Positions 1 through 9,151 of a stretch of 64,000 bases of DNA are shown here, piece after piece. The translations under genes and the position numbers were made by a program. Within the stretch, counting starts at the first letter, position 1; each line of letters starts with the position of its first letter. Under the pieces are notes generated by a model. That model was not told where the DNA came from, searched no databases, and saw only the letters and a list, made by a program, of their open reading frames with translations. Origin of the DNA: an uncultured Gemmatimonadaceae bacterium (lineage in GTDB: Bacteria > Gemmatimonadota > Gemmatimonadetes > Gemmatimonadales > Gemmatimonadaceae); assembly GCA_963751275.1 (NCBI GenBank), contig CAVVTZ010000009.1, positions 96,001 to 160,000 on the forward strand. The letters are read 5' to 3'.

Positions 1-1315
1 AGGTGATCGAGTCGGCCAACCGGTCGATCTGGGTCGGCAGCGAGCGCACATCGATGTCGCTGCCGACGGGGCGTCCGGTGCCCACGTCGAGCACGGACAC
101 GGTCGCATGCACGGTGTCGGTACCGCGGAGCAGGCCGTACACGACGTAGTGCGCACCGGTGGCGCGTCCCAGCTCGGTGGCCGTGGCGAGATCCGAATGG
201 CCGGACCATCGCTTGATCACGATGCTCGGCGGCACGGTGCGCATGTCGCCGGCGCCGTCGAGATTGCGCGAGAGGACATCGACCATCCCATCCTGCCAGA
301 GCGCCAGGTCCGCACCAACGACATCGAACGGCGCGATGGCGACGAGATTGCCCTCGAGCGGGCGCCGCGAGTGCCAGGTGGCGTACAGCGCGCCGGCGGC
401 GAGCACGATGGCCGCGGCGGCCGCGATCCAGAGCTTCTTGCGCCCGCCGCCCGCCGCGGAAGCCGCGGAAGCGCCGAGCGCGTCGCGGAATTCCTCGGCG
501 GTGCGGTAGCGCTCGTCGGGCGACTTGGCGAGCGCCTTCGCGATGGCCGCGCTCACGTTCGCGGGCACGTCAGGGCGCGCCTTGTTCACGGGCGCCGGCG
601 GCGTGGTGAGATGCGCCGCGAGCATCGCCTGCGCGCTCGGTGCGCTGAAGGGGAGCTGGCCGGCGAGCATCTCGTAGCCCACGATCGCGAGTGCATAGAG
701 ATCGGCGCGCGCGTCGATGTGCCGCTCGCCGCTCGCCTGCTCGGGCGCCATGTAGGTGGGCGTCCCCACCGACATCCCGGTGCCCGTCATGCGCGGAAGG
801 TCCGCGCCGCTGCGCGCCTCGTCGATCGCGCGCGCGACGCCGAAGTCGGCGAGCACCGCGTGCCCGTCCTCGAGCAGGATGTTCTCGGGCTTGATGTCGC
901 GGTGGACGATGCCTTTCCGGTGCGCGTAGCCGAGCGCGTCGGCGACCTCGCGCAGGATCCGCGTCGCCTCTTCCACGGGCATCTTCGGGTTCTGCTCGAG
1001 ATGCTGCCGCAGCGATTCGCCGGCGACGAAGGGCATCACGTAGTAGAGCAGATCGTCCTTCGCGCCGGCGGCGAGGATGGGCAGGATGTGCGGATGCTGC
1101 AGATGCGCCGCGAGCTCGATCTCCTTCTTGAAGCGGGCGGCGCTCACATCGCTCGCGAGCTCCGGCGGCAGCACCTTGATCACGACGCGCCGGTTCAGCG
1201 ATGCTTCGAGCGCCACGAACAGGCGGCTCATCCCGCCGCCCGGAAGCTCGCGCTCCAGGCGGTAGGCGTCACCCATCGCGGTCTGAAGGCGGGTCGCTAG
1301 GAAAACGTCGGACAA
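1..1315 (-). CDS. Hanks-type Ser/Thr protein kinase with TM segment (3' end runs off window)
   Basis: Manual minus-strand translation from TTG 1315 (or ATG 1276): GGGMSRLF, VVIKVL, HRDIKPENILL, DFGVA, GTPTYMAPEQ, then a hydrophobic TM. Absent from the ORF track because it is open at the window edge. Confidence 0.93.
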   Translation of the reverse strand, partial: MSDVFLATRLQTAMGDAYRLERELPGGGMSRLFVALEASLNRRVVIKVLPPELASDVSAARFKKEIELAAHLQHPHILPILAAGAKDDLLYYVMPFVAGESLRQHLEQNPKMPVEEATRILREVADALGYAHRKGIVHRDIKPENILLEDGHAVLADFGVARAIDEARSGADLPRMTGTGMSVGTPTYMAPEQASGERHIDARADLYALAIVGYEMLAGQLPFSAPSAQAMLAAHLTTPPAPVNKARPDVPANVSAAIAKALAKSPDERYRTAEEFRDALGASAASAAGGGRKKLWIAAAAAIVLAAGALYATWHSRRPLEGNLVAIAPFDVVGADLALWQDGMVDVLSRNLDGAGDMRTVPPSIVIKRWSGHSDLATATELGRATGAHYVVYGLLRGTDTVHATVSVLDVGTGRPVGSDIDVRSLPTQIDRLADSIT

Positions 1316-1388
1316 CGGATCGGCGCCTCGTGAAGGACGTTCCAAGTTACGGTTTGAACGCCTCGCGGGGGAGGGTTATCAGCGAGGT

Positions 1389-1717
1389 GAGTGGTGACCC
1401 GAACTCCGTACGTCGTACCCCAAACGCCGTGAGGCGTGAGGCGTGCGTCGAACAGATTGAACGGCGTGATGCGAGACCCGAACGCCGTGAGTCGCGACCC
1501 GAACCACGTGATTCGTACCCCGAACTCCGCGAGTGCACTCACGACTGACGGACCACGGGGCGCGACGCACGGAGTTCGGGGGTCGTCTCACGGCGTTCGG
1601 GTCTCGCCTCACGCCTCACAGTCCGTTCGACGCACGCCTCACGTCTCACGGCGTTCGGGTCTCGCCTCACGCCTCACGGCGTTCGGGGTACGACGCACGG
1701 AGTTCGGGTCGCCACTC
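1389..1717. repeat. Long imperfect palindrome of 21-bp (3x7) CCCGAAC-containing units, family A copy 1
   Basis: Left arm gagtggtgacccgaactccgt, right arm acggagttcgggtcgccactc, central gagtgcactc at 1531-1540; homologous to 17604-17902. Confidence 0.85.
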
Positions 1718-1776
1718 TCGCGGTTCGTCTCGGCCTGAAGATTGACGAGAGCGCCTCTTGGGAATACGCTCCCCCG

Positions 1777-2475
1777 ATGCGCTACCGCGAACTGAGCAGC
1801 GCCGAGATCCTGAGCACCATCGAGACCCTGGAGCGCCGCGTCGGCGAGCGGTTCCCCGATTCGGGGCTCCGTCGCCTCTGCCGCGAGTTGCAGGCGGTCG
1901 CGGTGGATGCCCAACGCCGCGTCGAGTCGATCTCGCGGCCCAACCGCTCGCTGCGCGTCGGCGTGGGCGTATTGATCGCCGCGATCCTCGCGATCGTCTT
2001 CTCCGCGCTCTTCTCGCTGCACCTGCCGGCGACGGTGAACGACTTCGGCAGCTTCGCCCAGGCGCTCGACGCCGGCATCAACGACGTGATCTTCCTCGGC
2101 ATCGCGATCTTCTTCCTCGTCAGCCTCGAGCGCCGGATCAAGCGCCGCCGCGCGCTCCGCGCCCTGCACGAACTGCGCAGCCTCGCGCACATCGTGGACA
2201 TGCACCAGCTCACGAAGGGCCCCGAGCGCGCGAGCATCACCGCCTCCGAGGGCGACACGCCCAGCTCGCCCAAGCGCGACCTCACGCCATTCGAGCTGAG
2301 CCGGTATCTCGATTATTGCAGCGAGCTGCTCTCCCTCGTGAGCAAGATCGCCGCGCTGTACGTGCAGCGATTCGACGACGAAGTCACGCTCGGCGCCGTC
2401 AACGACCTCGAATCGTTGACGAGTGGATTGTCCAGGAAGATTTGGCAAAAGATCATGATCCTCGACGTTACCTAG
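1777..2475 (+). CDS. Conserved hypothetical membrane protein (2 TM)
   Basis: 232-aa ORF with typical codon usage, two hydrophobic helices and HIVDMHQLTK / YLDYCSELL motifs. Confidence 0.75.
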   Translation: MRYRELSSAEILSTIETLERRVGERFPDSGLRRLCRELQAVAVDAQRRVESISRPNRSLRVGVGVLIAAILAIVFSALFSLHLPATVNDFGSFAQALDAGINDVIFLGIAIFFLVSLERRIKRRRALRALHELRSLAHIVDMHQLTKGPERASITASEGDTPSSPKRDLTPFELSRYLDYCSELLSLVSKIAALYVQRFDDEVTLGAVNDLESLTSGLSRKIWQKIMILDVT

Positions 2476-2488
2476 CACGGCGTCCTTG

Positions 2489-2656
2489 GCACCCCGAAAT
2501 CCGTACTTGGTCCCCCGAACGCCGCGTGTAGCGTTGGCGTCTGGTCACGGCTGGGGCGTCCTTGGCATCGCCCGCACCCAGAACCGCCCGAGCCGTGACC
2601 ACACGCCAATGCTACACGCGGCGTTCGGGGGCCAAGTACGTGGTTCCGGGGTTCGC
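2489..2656. repeat. Short inverted-repeat element, family A-related
   Basis: Arms of about 64 bp (2489-2552 / 2591-2656); ends match the element at 12728. Confidence 0.8.
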
Positions 2657-2688
2657 CACCAGACGTGGATCGACCGTAGATTCCAATC

Positions 2689-3354
2689 ATGTCCCTCGCG
2701 CATTTCATTGCCGCCGCGTTGATCCTTGGCGCCATGCATAGCTTCGGCCCCGATCATCTCGCGGCGGTGTCGGTGTTCGTCAGCCGGCGGCCCGACTGGC
2801 GGCATGCGGCGGGGCTGGGTGCGCGCTGGGGGATGGGGCACTCGGCGTCGATCCTGCTGCTGGGCGGCGCGGTGGTGCTTTCAGGGATCCGGCTTCCCGA
2901 GCGGTTCGGGCCGGCCGCCGAGCGGATCATCGGCGTGGTGCTGATCGCGCTGGGGATCTCCGCGCTCTGGCGCGCGCGGAAGCTGCATGCGCATAGGCAC
3001 GCACACGACGGAGGCGAGCACTGGCACGTGCACTCGCACGCGAAAACGCCGGCGCACGATCACAGCCACGGCGCGCTGTTCGGGATCGGCATGCTGCATG
3101 GACTCGCCGGCACCGGCGTGCTCGTGGCGGCGCTTCCCTTGGCGATCGAGGGCTCGAAGACGAGCGGCCTGATCTACCTCGCGGCATTCGGCGTGGGCAC
3201 GATCTGCTCGATGGCGCTCTTCGCGGGAGTCGCCGGACATCTACTCACCGTGACCACGGCGGGGCGCAGTGGCTTCCAGCGCACCGCGCTGGGCGCCGCG
3301 GGCGCGCTGAGCGTGGGCGTCGGGATCTGGTGGCTCGCCTCCGGTGGCAACTAG
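2689..3354 (+). CDS. Ni/Co permease, UreH/NicO-like
   Basis: HSFGPDHLAAV, GHS and GMLHGLAG motifs, His-rich loop, multiple TMs. Confidence 0.8.
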   Translation: MSLAHFIAAALILGAMHSFGPDHLAAVSVFVSRRPDWRHAAGLGARWGMGHSASILLLGGAVVLSGIRLPERFGPAAERIIGVVLIALGISALWRARKLHAHRHAHDGGEHWHVHSHAKTPAHDHSHGALFGIGMLHGLAGTGVLVAALPLAIEGSKTSGLIYLAAFGVGTICSMALFAGVAGHLLTVTTAGRSGFQRTALGAAGALSVGVGIWWLASGGN

Positions 3355-3472
3355 ACGCGAGCCGCCCGCCACGCCGCCCTGCGACCTCTGCGGCGGGCCG
3401 ACGTGGTGGCGCAACTGCAAGCTGCTGTGCAAGGTCTGCGGCGCCATCCTGATGACGTGCGGGGATCTCTGA
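3344..3472 (+). CDS. 42-aa Cys-rich zinc-finger-like microprotein
   Basis: GTG start overlapping the upstream gene end; MATRREPPATPPCDLCGGPTWWRNCKLLCKVCGAILMTCGDL with CxxC..C..CxxC..C; GC3-rich codons. Confidence 0.7.
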   Translation: MATRREPPATPPCDLCGGPTWWRNCKLLCKVCGAILMTCGDL

Positions 3473-3558
3473 CTGCAGTGGTTGGTCGTACGCGTTTAGA
3501 ACTACTCCCGCCTCGGCGTACCAGACGCTCAGTTGCCAGACGCGCTTCTCAAGCGGTA

Positions 3559-5569
3559 CTAGTTGCCAGAAGCGCTCCTGAGCCGTTCGCCAAGCGCCGC
3601 ACCGTCGATGACCGGCGCGTCACACGCGTAATTCCGGCACACGTAGGCGGTCGCGCGGCCGCCGGCCATCGGGCGGTCCTTCAAGAGCGCGGCCACCGGC
3701 GGTTCGCTCGGCGCCGCCGCGGCGAGCACGAGTGATGGCAGGTAATGCTTCGCGACCTCGGCGAGCAGCGCGCGCGTGTCCTCGCGCGACGGGTCGCCGG
3801 CGATCGCGATCTCGATCGCGCCATCGAGCGACAGCTCCGCCGCGCCCAGCAGGTGCCCGAACGCCGGCCCGTAACGCGCGATCGGCTCCGCGAGCGTGTC
3901 GAGCACCCACGCGGCGCGCCGGCGGTACTCGCGGCGGTCGTCCACCTCGGCGATCCGCAGCACCAGCTCCACCGCGAGCAATGTGCCCGAGGGAACAGCG
4001 TTGTCGGTCACCTCGCGCGGGCGCGTGATCAGCCGTTCGGCGTCGCGCGCGGTGTCGAAGAACGCGCCCGCCGGCTCGTCCCAGAACCACTCGTTCATCG
4101 ACTCCGCGAGTTCGCGCGCGCGGGCGAGCCACGCCGGATCGAGGGTGAGTTCGTACACCGCCAGCGCGGCGAGGCCCAGCGCTGCATGGTCCTCGAGGAA
4201 GCCTCCGATCGCGGTGACGGCGGCGGTGCGCGTGCGCATCGCGCGGCCGTCGCGCACCGAATGCTCGAAGAGGAACTCCCCGTTGCGCACGGCGAGTTCG
4301 CGGTAATCGGCGCGGCCGAAGATGCGCGCGCAGTCTGCGACCGCGCGCAGCATGAGCCCGTTCCACGCGGCGAGCACCTTCTCGTCGCGGCCCGGGCGCA
4401 CGCGCTTCGCGCGCGCGGCGAGCAGCGCGGCGCGTGCGCGCGCCACGATCTCCGGCGGCGCCGGCGGGCCGGCGACGAAGAGGATGTTCGCGCCTTCGAA
4501 GTTCCCGCCGGCGGTCACTCCCCAGTGCGCCTTCATGACGGCGGCGTCGGCGCCGAGGATGGCGTCGATCTCGCCTTCGCTCCAGACGTAGAACTTCCCT
4601 TCGTGTCCTTCGCTGTCGGCGTCGAGGCTCGAATAGAAGCCGCCCTCGGCGGAGAGCATCTCGCGCGCCGCCCAGTCGACGGTGCCTTCGGCGGCGCGGC
4701 GGAATGCATCGTCGCCGGTGGCTTGCCAGAGGTGGGCGCCGAGGCGGGCGAAGAGGGCGTTGTCGTAGAGCATCTTCTCGAAGTGCGGCACGAGCCAGAT
4801 GGCGTCCACCGTGTAGCGGTGGATGCCGCCGCCGAGTTGGTCCGTGATGCCGCCGCGGGCCATCGCGAGGAAGGAGGTCGCGGGCAATGTCGAGGGCGTG
4901 CACGTCGCCGGTGCGGCGCCAGCGGCGGAGCGCGGCGTCGAGCGACATCGTCTGCGGGAATTTCGGCGCGCCTTCGAAGCCGCCGTGCTTGGGGTCGTAG
5001 CGTTCGGCGATCGAGGTCCACGCGCGGTCGAGCGTGGCGGCGCTGAGCGGGCCGGTGGAGCGGGCGGGGTCGGCGGCGTGGGTGTAGAGATCGCGCACGC
5101 GCTGGGTGGTGGCATCCACATCGCCGCGGCGTTCGCGGTAGGCGTCGGACACCGAGCGGAGCACGCGCGTGAAGCTCGGCATGCCGTGGCGGTCCTCGGG
5201 CGGGTAGTAGGTGCCGCCGAAGAAGGGAACGCCATCGGGCGTGAGGAAGACCGTCATCGGCCAGCCGCCCTGCCCGGTCATCGCCTGCACGGCGGTCATG
5301 TAGATCGCGTCGAGGTCGGGGCGCTCCTCGCGGTCGACCTTGATGTTGATGAAGCGTTCGTTCATGAGCGCGGCGGTCGCTTCGTTCTCGAAGGACTCGT
5401 GCGCCATGACGTGGCACCAGTGGCAGCTGCTGTAGCCAATGCTCAGCAATATCGGTCGGTCGGTCTCCCTGGCGCGCGCGAGCGTCTCCGCGGACCATTC
5501 GTTCCAGTCAACGGGGTTCTCCGCGTGTTGGCGCAAATAAGGGCTGCTGCTACTCCCAAGCTTGTTCAT
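3559..5569 (-). CDS. Thioredoxin-domain protein YyaL/SSP411 (DUF255), frameshift near 4875
   Basis: MNKL..SPYLRQHAENPVDW, CHWCHVM, GGWP in the 3620..5569 frame; VPHFEKMLYDNA and DEKVLAAWNG in the 3559..5235 frame. Confidence 0.9.
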
Positions 5570-5570
5570 G

Positions 5571-5594
5571 TTCGGGACTCGGGATTCGGGATTC
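5571..5594. repeat. Heptamer tandem (TCGGGA-type)
   Basis: ttcggga ctcggga ttcggga ttc. Confidence 0.7.
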
Positions 5595-5637
5595 GCTGGG
5601 GAGTAGTGACTGCGCCTGTCATTCGGTAAGTTCGTTC

Positions 5638-6015
5638 ATGCTCTTCGGGATCGCATTGGGCGGGGCGGCGGGGACGCTGGCGCGCTGGTGGCTGGGCGGG
5701 CTGGCGCAGCGGTACAGCGTCGCGTTCCCGTATGGGACGCTCACCATCAATGTAACCGGGTCGTTGCTGCTGGGATTCCTGGTGCGCTATCTGCTCGCGA
5801 GTCCGGCGAGTCCGGAGTTGCGCGCCGCGCTGACCATCGGATTCTGCGGCGGGTTCACGACCTTCTCGACATTCAGCTACGAGGCCGCGGCGCTGCTCGA
5901 GAGCGGGAGCTATGCGCGCGCCTTCACCTACATGGCGGCGAGCGTGCTGCTCTCGCTGGCCGCGGTGTTCGCCGGCTTCGCGATCGCGCGCGCGGTGCTC
6001 GCGCCGCGCGGCTGA
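5638..6015 (+). CDS. crcB: Fluoride channel Fluc/CrcB
   Basis: GGAAGTLAR, PYGTLTINVTGS and GFCGGFTTFSTF signatures. Confidence 0.95.
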   Translation: MLFGIALGGAAGTLARWWLGGLAQRYSVAFPYGTLTINVTGSLLLGFLVRYLLASPASPELRAALTIGFCGGFTTFSTFSYEAAALLESGSYARAFTYMAASVLLSLAAVFAGFAIARAVLAPRG

Positions 6016-6031
6016 GCCAAGGAGACGAGCC

Positions 6032-6376
6032 ATGCATGGACTGCCGGGGGAGCGCGTGCTGATGCGGATCCACATCGGGGAATCGGACCGATGGCACGGG
6101 AAGCCGCTGGAGGAGGCGATCGTGAGCGTGCTGCGCGAGCGCGGGCTGGCGGGGGCGACCGTGTTCCGCGGGATCATGGGCTTCGGCGCCACGGCGCGCG
6201 TGCACACCGACAAGATCCTGCGCTTGTCGATGGACCTGCCGGTGGTGGTGGAGTGCGTGGACACGAAGGAGCAGATCGACGCGATCCTGCCGGTGCTGGA
6301 TGAGATGATCGGCGGCGGGTTGATCACCCTCGAGAAGGTGCAGGTGATCGCGTACCGGCCGGGCGAGAAGAAGTGA
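6032..6376 (+). CDS. DUF190 PII-like protein
   Basis: RBS aaggag; GLAGATVFRGIMGFG and LSMDLPVVVECVD; classic crcB neighbour. Confidence 0.9.
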   Translation: MHGLPGERVLMRIHIGESDRWHGKPLEEAIVSVLRERGLAGATVFRGIMGFGATARVHTDKILRLSMDLPVVVECVDTKEQIDAILPVLDEMIGGGLITLEKVQVIAYRPGEKK

Positions 6377-6545
6377 CGGAGGGGGCAGCGGCAGCGAGCG
6401 TCGAGATGGTGGGATCGTCTTCGCGGGCTGTCGTCGGATAACGCCGTCTGGACCCTGTACACGCGCCGCCTACGACCGGATTGAGCAATGCCCGTGCGGG
6501 CGCGGATGTTATCGGGGTGCAACTCGTGCGCCCGGCGCTCTATGT

Positions 6546-7640
6546 GTGATCGCCCCGCTCAGCAATGTGCTCGATGCGTTCTCGCTGCTGTCGGTGCCGC
6601 AGCTGATCGCACTCACGGTCACGCTGATCGCGTACTACTCGCTCTGGCGATGGAGACGCGCGCGGAGCCGCGGCACGACGCGCTGGAGCGAATTCTGCGC
6701 GGCCAGCCGAGTGTTCGTCGTGTACCTCCTGCTCGTCGCGATGTCGGCGGTGCTGCCGCGTCCCATGGCCGCGCTGCGCGTGACGGATCCGGACGCGGTC
6801 ATCTTCGACGTGCACAGTCACACGAACTACTCGCACGATGCGAGCCATACCTTCACGGTGCAGGCGAACCGCGACTGGCATCGCGATGCGGGATTCGACG
6901 TGGCGTACATCACCGACCACCGCTGCTTCGACGGCGCAGCCGAGGGACTGCGCGGGAATCCGAAGCGCGCGGGCGATGGCACGGTGCTGCTGAGCGGCGT
7001 CGAGCTGCAAGGCGATGAGCAGCATCAGGTGGTCTTGGAGCCGCCCGATGCCATGGTGCCGAAGGGTTTCCTGGAAACGTGGTGCGTGCGCGCCGGAGCG
7101 GGCCGCGTTCCCGCGCGGCCGCCCGTTCGGGTGCAGACGATACCGGAAGATCTCTCGAAGATGCGCGTCGCCTCGCCGGCGATGCCGAACGGCGTGACCG
7201 CGATCGAGATCTCCGACGGCGCGCCGCGCGGTCTCGCGCAGGGGGATCGCGACGACAAGAAGCTCTGGGATCTCGCCTCGGTCAACCATCTCACGCGTGG
7301 TCGCCGGTTCGAACAATCACGGTTGGGGACGCACCGCGGTCGCCTGGAATGTCGTGCGCATCCCGGGATGGCGGTCGATGAGTCCCGATTCGCTCGGTCG
7401 AGCGATCGAGGATCGGCTCCGGTCCCGGCAGGTGAATGCCGTGCAGGTGGTCGAGCGGCGCCGATTCGCTTCACCGGAGCAATTCGATACCTCGCCATCG
7501 CGGCGTACGCGTTCATGCCGTTGATCTTCACGGCCATGGTGCTGCCTTCACGTCCCTGGCCGAGTGGCTCTCATGGTTCGCGTGGCTCGCGGCGGTCGTG
7601 CTCATCGCGAAGTTCGCGCGCCGCCGCCGGCCACGCGTGA
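6546..7640 (+). CDS. Membrane-anchored PHP-domain metallophosphoesterase, frameshifted near 7295 and in the C-terminus
   Basis: DVHSHTNYSHD, ITDH, GVE; GSNNHG continues in the 7297..7524 frame. Start and end uncertain. Confidence 0.65.
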   Translation: MIAPLSNVLDAFSLLSVPQLIALTVTLIAYYSLWRWRRARSRGTTRWSEFCAASRVFVVYLLLVAMSAVLPRPMAALRVTDPDAVIFDVHSHTNYSHDASHTFTVQANRDWHRDAGFDVAYITDHRCFDGAAEGLRGNPKRAGDGTVLLSGVELQGDEQHQVVLEPPDAMVPKGFLETWCVRAGAGRVPARPPVRVQTIPEDLSKMRVASPAMPNGVTAIEISDGAPRGLAQGDRDDKKLWDLASVNHLTRGRRFEQSRLGTHRGRLECRAHPGMAVDESRFARSSDRGSAPVPAGECRAGGRAAPIRFTGAIRYLAIAAYAFMPLIFTAMVLPSRPWPSGSHGSRGSRRSCSSRSSRAAAGHA

Positions 7641-9151
7641 CCGGCCACAACGCCCCGCGTCCCGTACTCACCCGCGCCATCGCGATCGCGCTGGGCGCCG
7701 CGGGGCTCCGCCTCGCAATGGCGGCGGTGATCACGCCGTTCCCCGACGAGACGTACTACTGGGAATGGTCGCGCCGGCTCGCCGGCGGATTCTTCGACCA
7801 TCCGCCGGGGATCGCCATCGCGATCCGCGCGGGCACGGCGCTCTTCGGCGACACGCCGTTCGGCATCCGCGTCGTACCCGTGCTGCTCGGACTCATCGCG
7901 GTGCTCTGCACGATCGAACTGGCGCGCCGCCTCGCCGGCGACGACGGCGCGCTCCGCGTCTCGATCGTGCTCGCCTGCCTCCCCCTCGCGAGCGCCGGAT
8001 TGGTGCTCGCGACGCCCGACGCACCGCTGCTCGCCTTCAGCGCGCTCGCGCTCCTGTGCATCGAGCGAGCGGTGGACGCCGCCGCCACGCCGCGCGCCGC
8101 GCTCGCGTGGTGGGCGCTCGCGGGACTCGCCTGCGGCGCGGCGATGGCATCGAAGTACACGGGCGTGCTGCTCCCCGCGTTCACGCTGGTCGCCATCGTC
8201 GCGATCCCGTCGCTCCGCCGCCAGCTCGCCATGCCCGGCCCGTACATCGCCGTCGCGCTCGCGTCGCTGGTGATGATCCCAGTGCTCTCGTGGAACACGC
8301 ACCACGACTGGATCTCCTTCCGCTTCCAGCTCGCCCACGGACTTGGGCAGGTCCGCGGCACCGGCATCAAACGCGAAGGCGATCTCCTGGGCGGCCAGCT
8401 CGGCCTCGTCACGCCGATCTTCTTCGTCATGATGGTGATCGCGGTGACCCGTTCGCTCCGAACGAGGAACGAGGCACGCGGAACGCTCTTCGCGGTCATC
8501 GCGACCCTCACATTTGCATTCTTCGTCTACAGCGCCTGGCGCCGCCCCGCCGAAGCGAACTGGCCCGCGCCGGCGTACATCCCGGCGCTGGCGCTGCTCG
8601 CAGCGTTCCCGGTCTCGCGCGCATGGAAGAACTGGCTCACTGCCGGCTGCGTACTCGGCGCGATCCTCGTGACCGCGACATACGTGCAGGCCGTCGCGCC
8701 GGTATTCCCGATCGCCGCACGCAAGGATCCCATGGCGCGCGGCGCCGGATTCCGCGAACTCGCCGCGCGCGTCACCACGCTTCGCGATTCCGTTTCACAC
8801 GATGGCAAAGCGGTGCTCGTCGCCGCGCAGAAGTATCAGGACGCCTCGGAACTCGCCTGGTGGATGCCCGGACACCCGGATATCCTCTCGATCAACACCG
8901 GCTACCGCGCGAATCAATACGATCTCTGGCCGCAGCTGCGCGACCGCGCGCAGCCCGGGAGCGCGCTCATCGTCGTCGGCCCGGCGGATGGCGCCGATTC
9001 CGCGATCGCAATGAACCCCGGGCTCACCGCTCTCGCGCCGGTGTATACGCGCGTGACGCTGCTCGGTATCTTCGAACTCGGCCGCGGCGGCTCGGTGCGG
9101 GAACGCAAACGCATCTGGCTCCTCGATCCTCTCACCGGTCCACTGCCATGA
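7637..9151 (+). CDS. ArnT/GT39-like membrane glycosyltransferase
   Basis: DETYYWEWSRRL, FDHPP, TPDAPL, SKYT; many TMs. Confidence 0.88.
   Translation: MTGHNAPRPVLTRAIAIALGAAGLRLAMAAVITPFPDETYYWEWSRRLAGGFFDHPPGIAIAIRAGTALFGDTPFGIRVVPVLLGLIAVLCTIELARRLAGDDGALRVSIVLACLPLASAGLVLATPDAPLLAFSALALLCIERAVDAAATPRAALAWWALAGLACGAAMASKYTGVLLPAFTLVAIVAIPSLRRQLAMPGPYIAVALASLVMIPVLSWNTHHDWISFRFQLAHGLGQVRGTGIKREGDLLGGQLGLVTPIFFVMMVIAVTRSLRTRNEARGTLFAVIATLTFAFFVYSAWRRPAEANWPAPAYIPALALLAAFPVSRAWKNWLTAGCVLGAILVTATYVQAVAPVFPIAARKDPMARGAGFRELAARVTTLRDSVSHDGKAVLVAAQKYQDASELAWWMPGHPDILSINTGYRANQYDLWPQLRDRAQPGSALIVVGPADGADSAIAMNPGLTALAPVYTRVTLLGIFELGRGGSVRERKRIWLLDPLTGPLP

Noticed and set aside
107..1300. Long plus-strand ORF, and similar antisense ORFs throughout (e.g. 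20007-22079, 27718-29487, 49039-50907)
   Set aside because: Shadow ORFs of real opposite-strand genes in high-GC DNA.
1389..1717. CRISPR array
   Set aside because: Units are degenerate, contiguous and inverted, with no unique spacers and no cas genes.
5570..5637. Fluoride riboswitch before crcB
   Set aside because: The 68-bp gap holds a heptamer array and lacks a recognisable riboswitch consensus.
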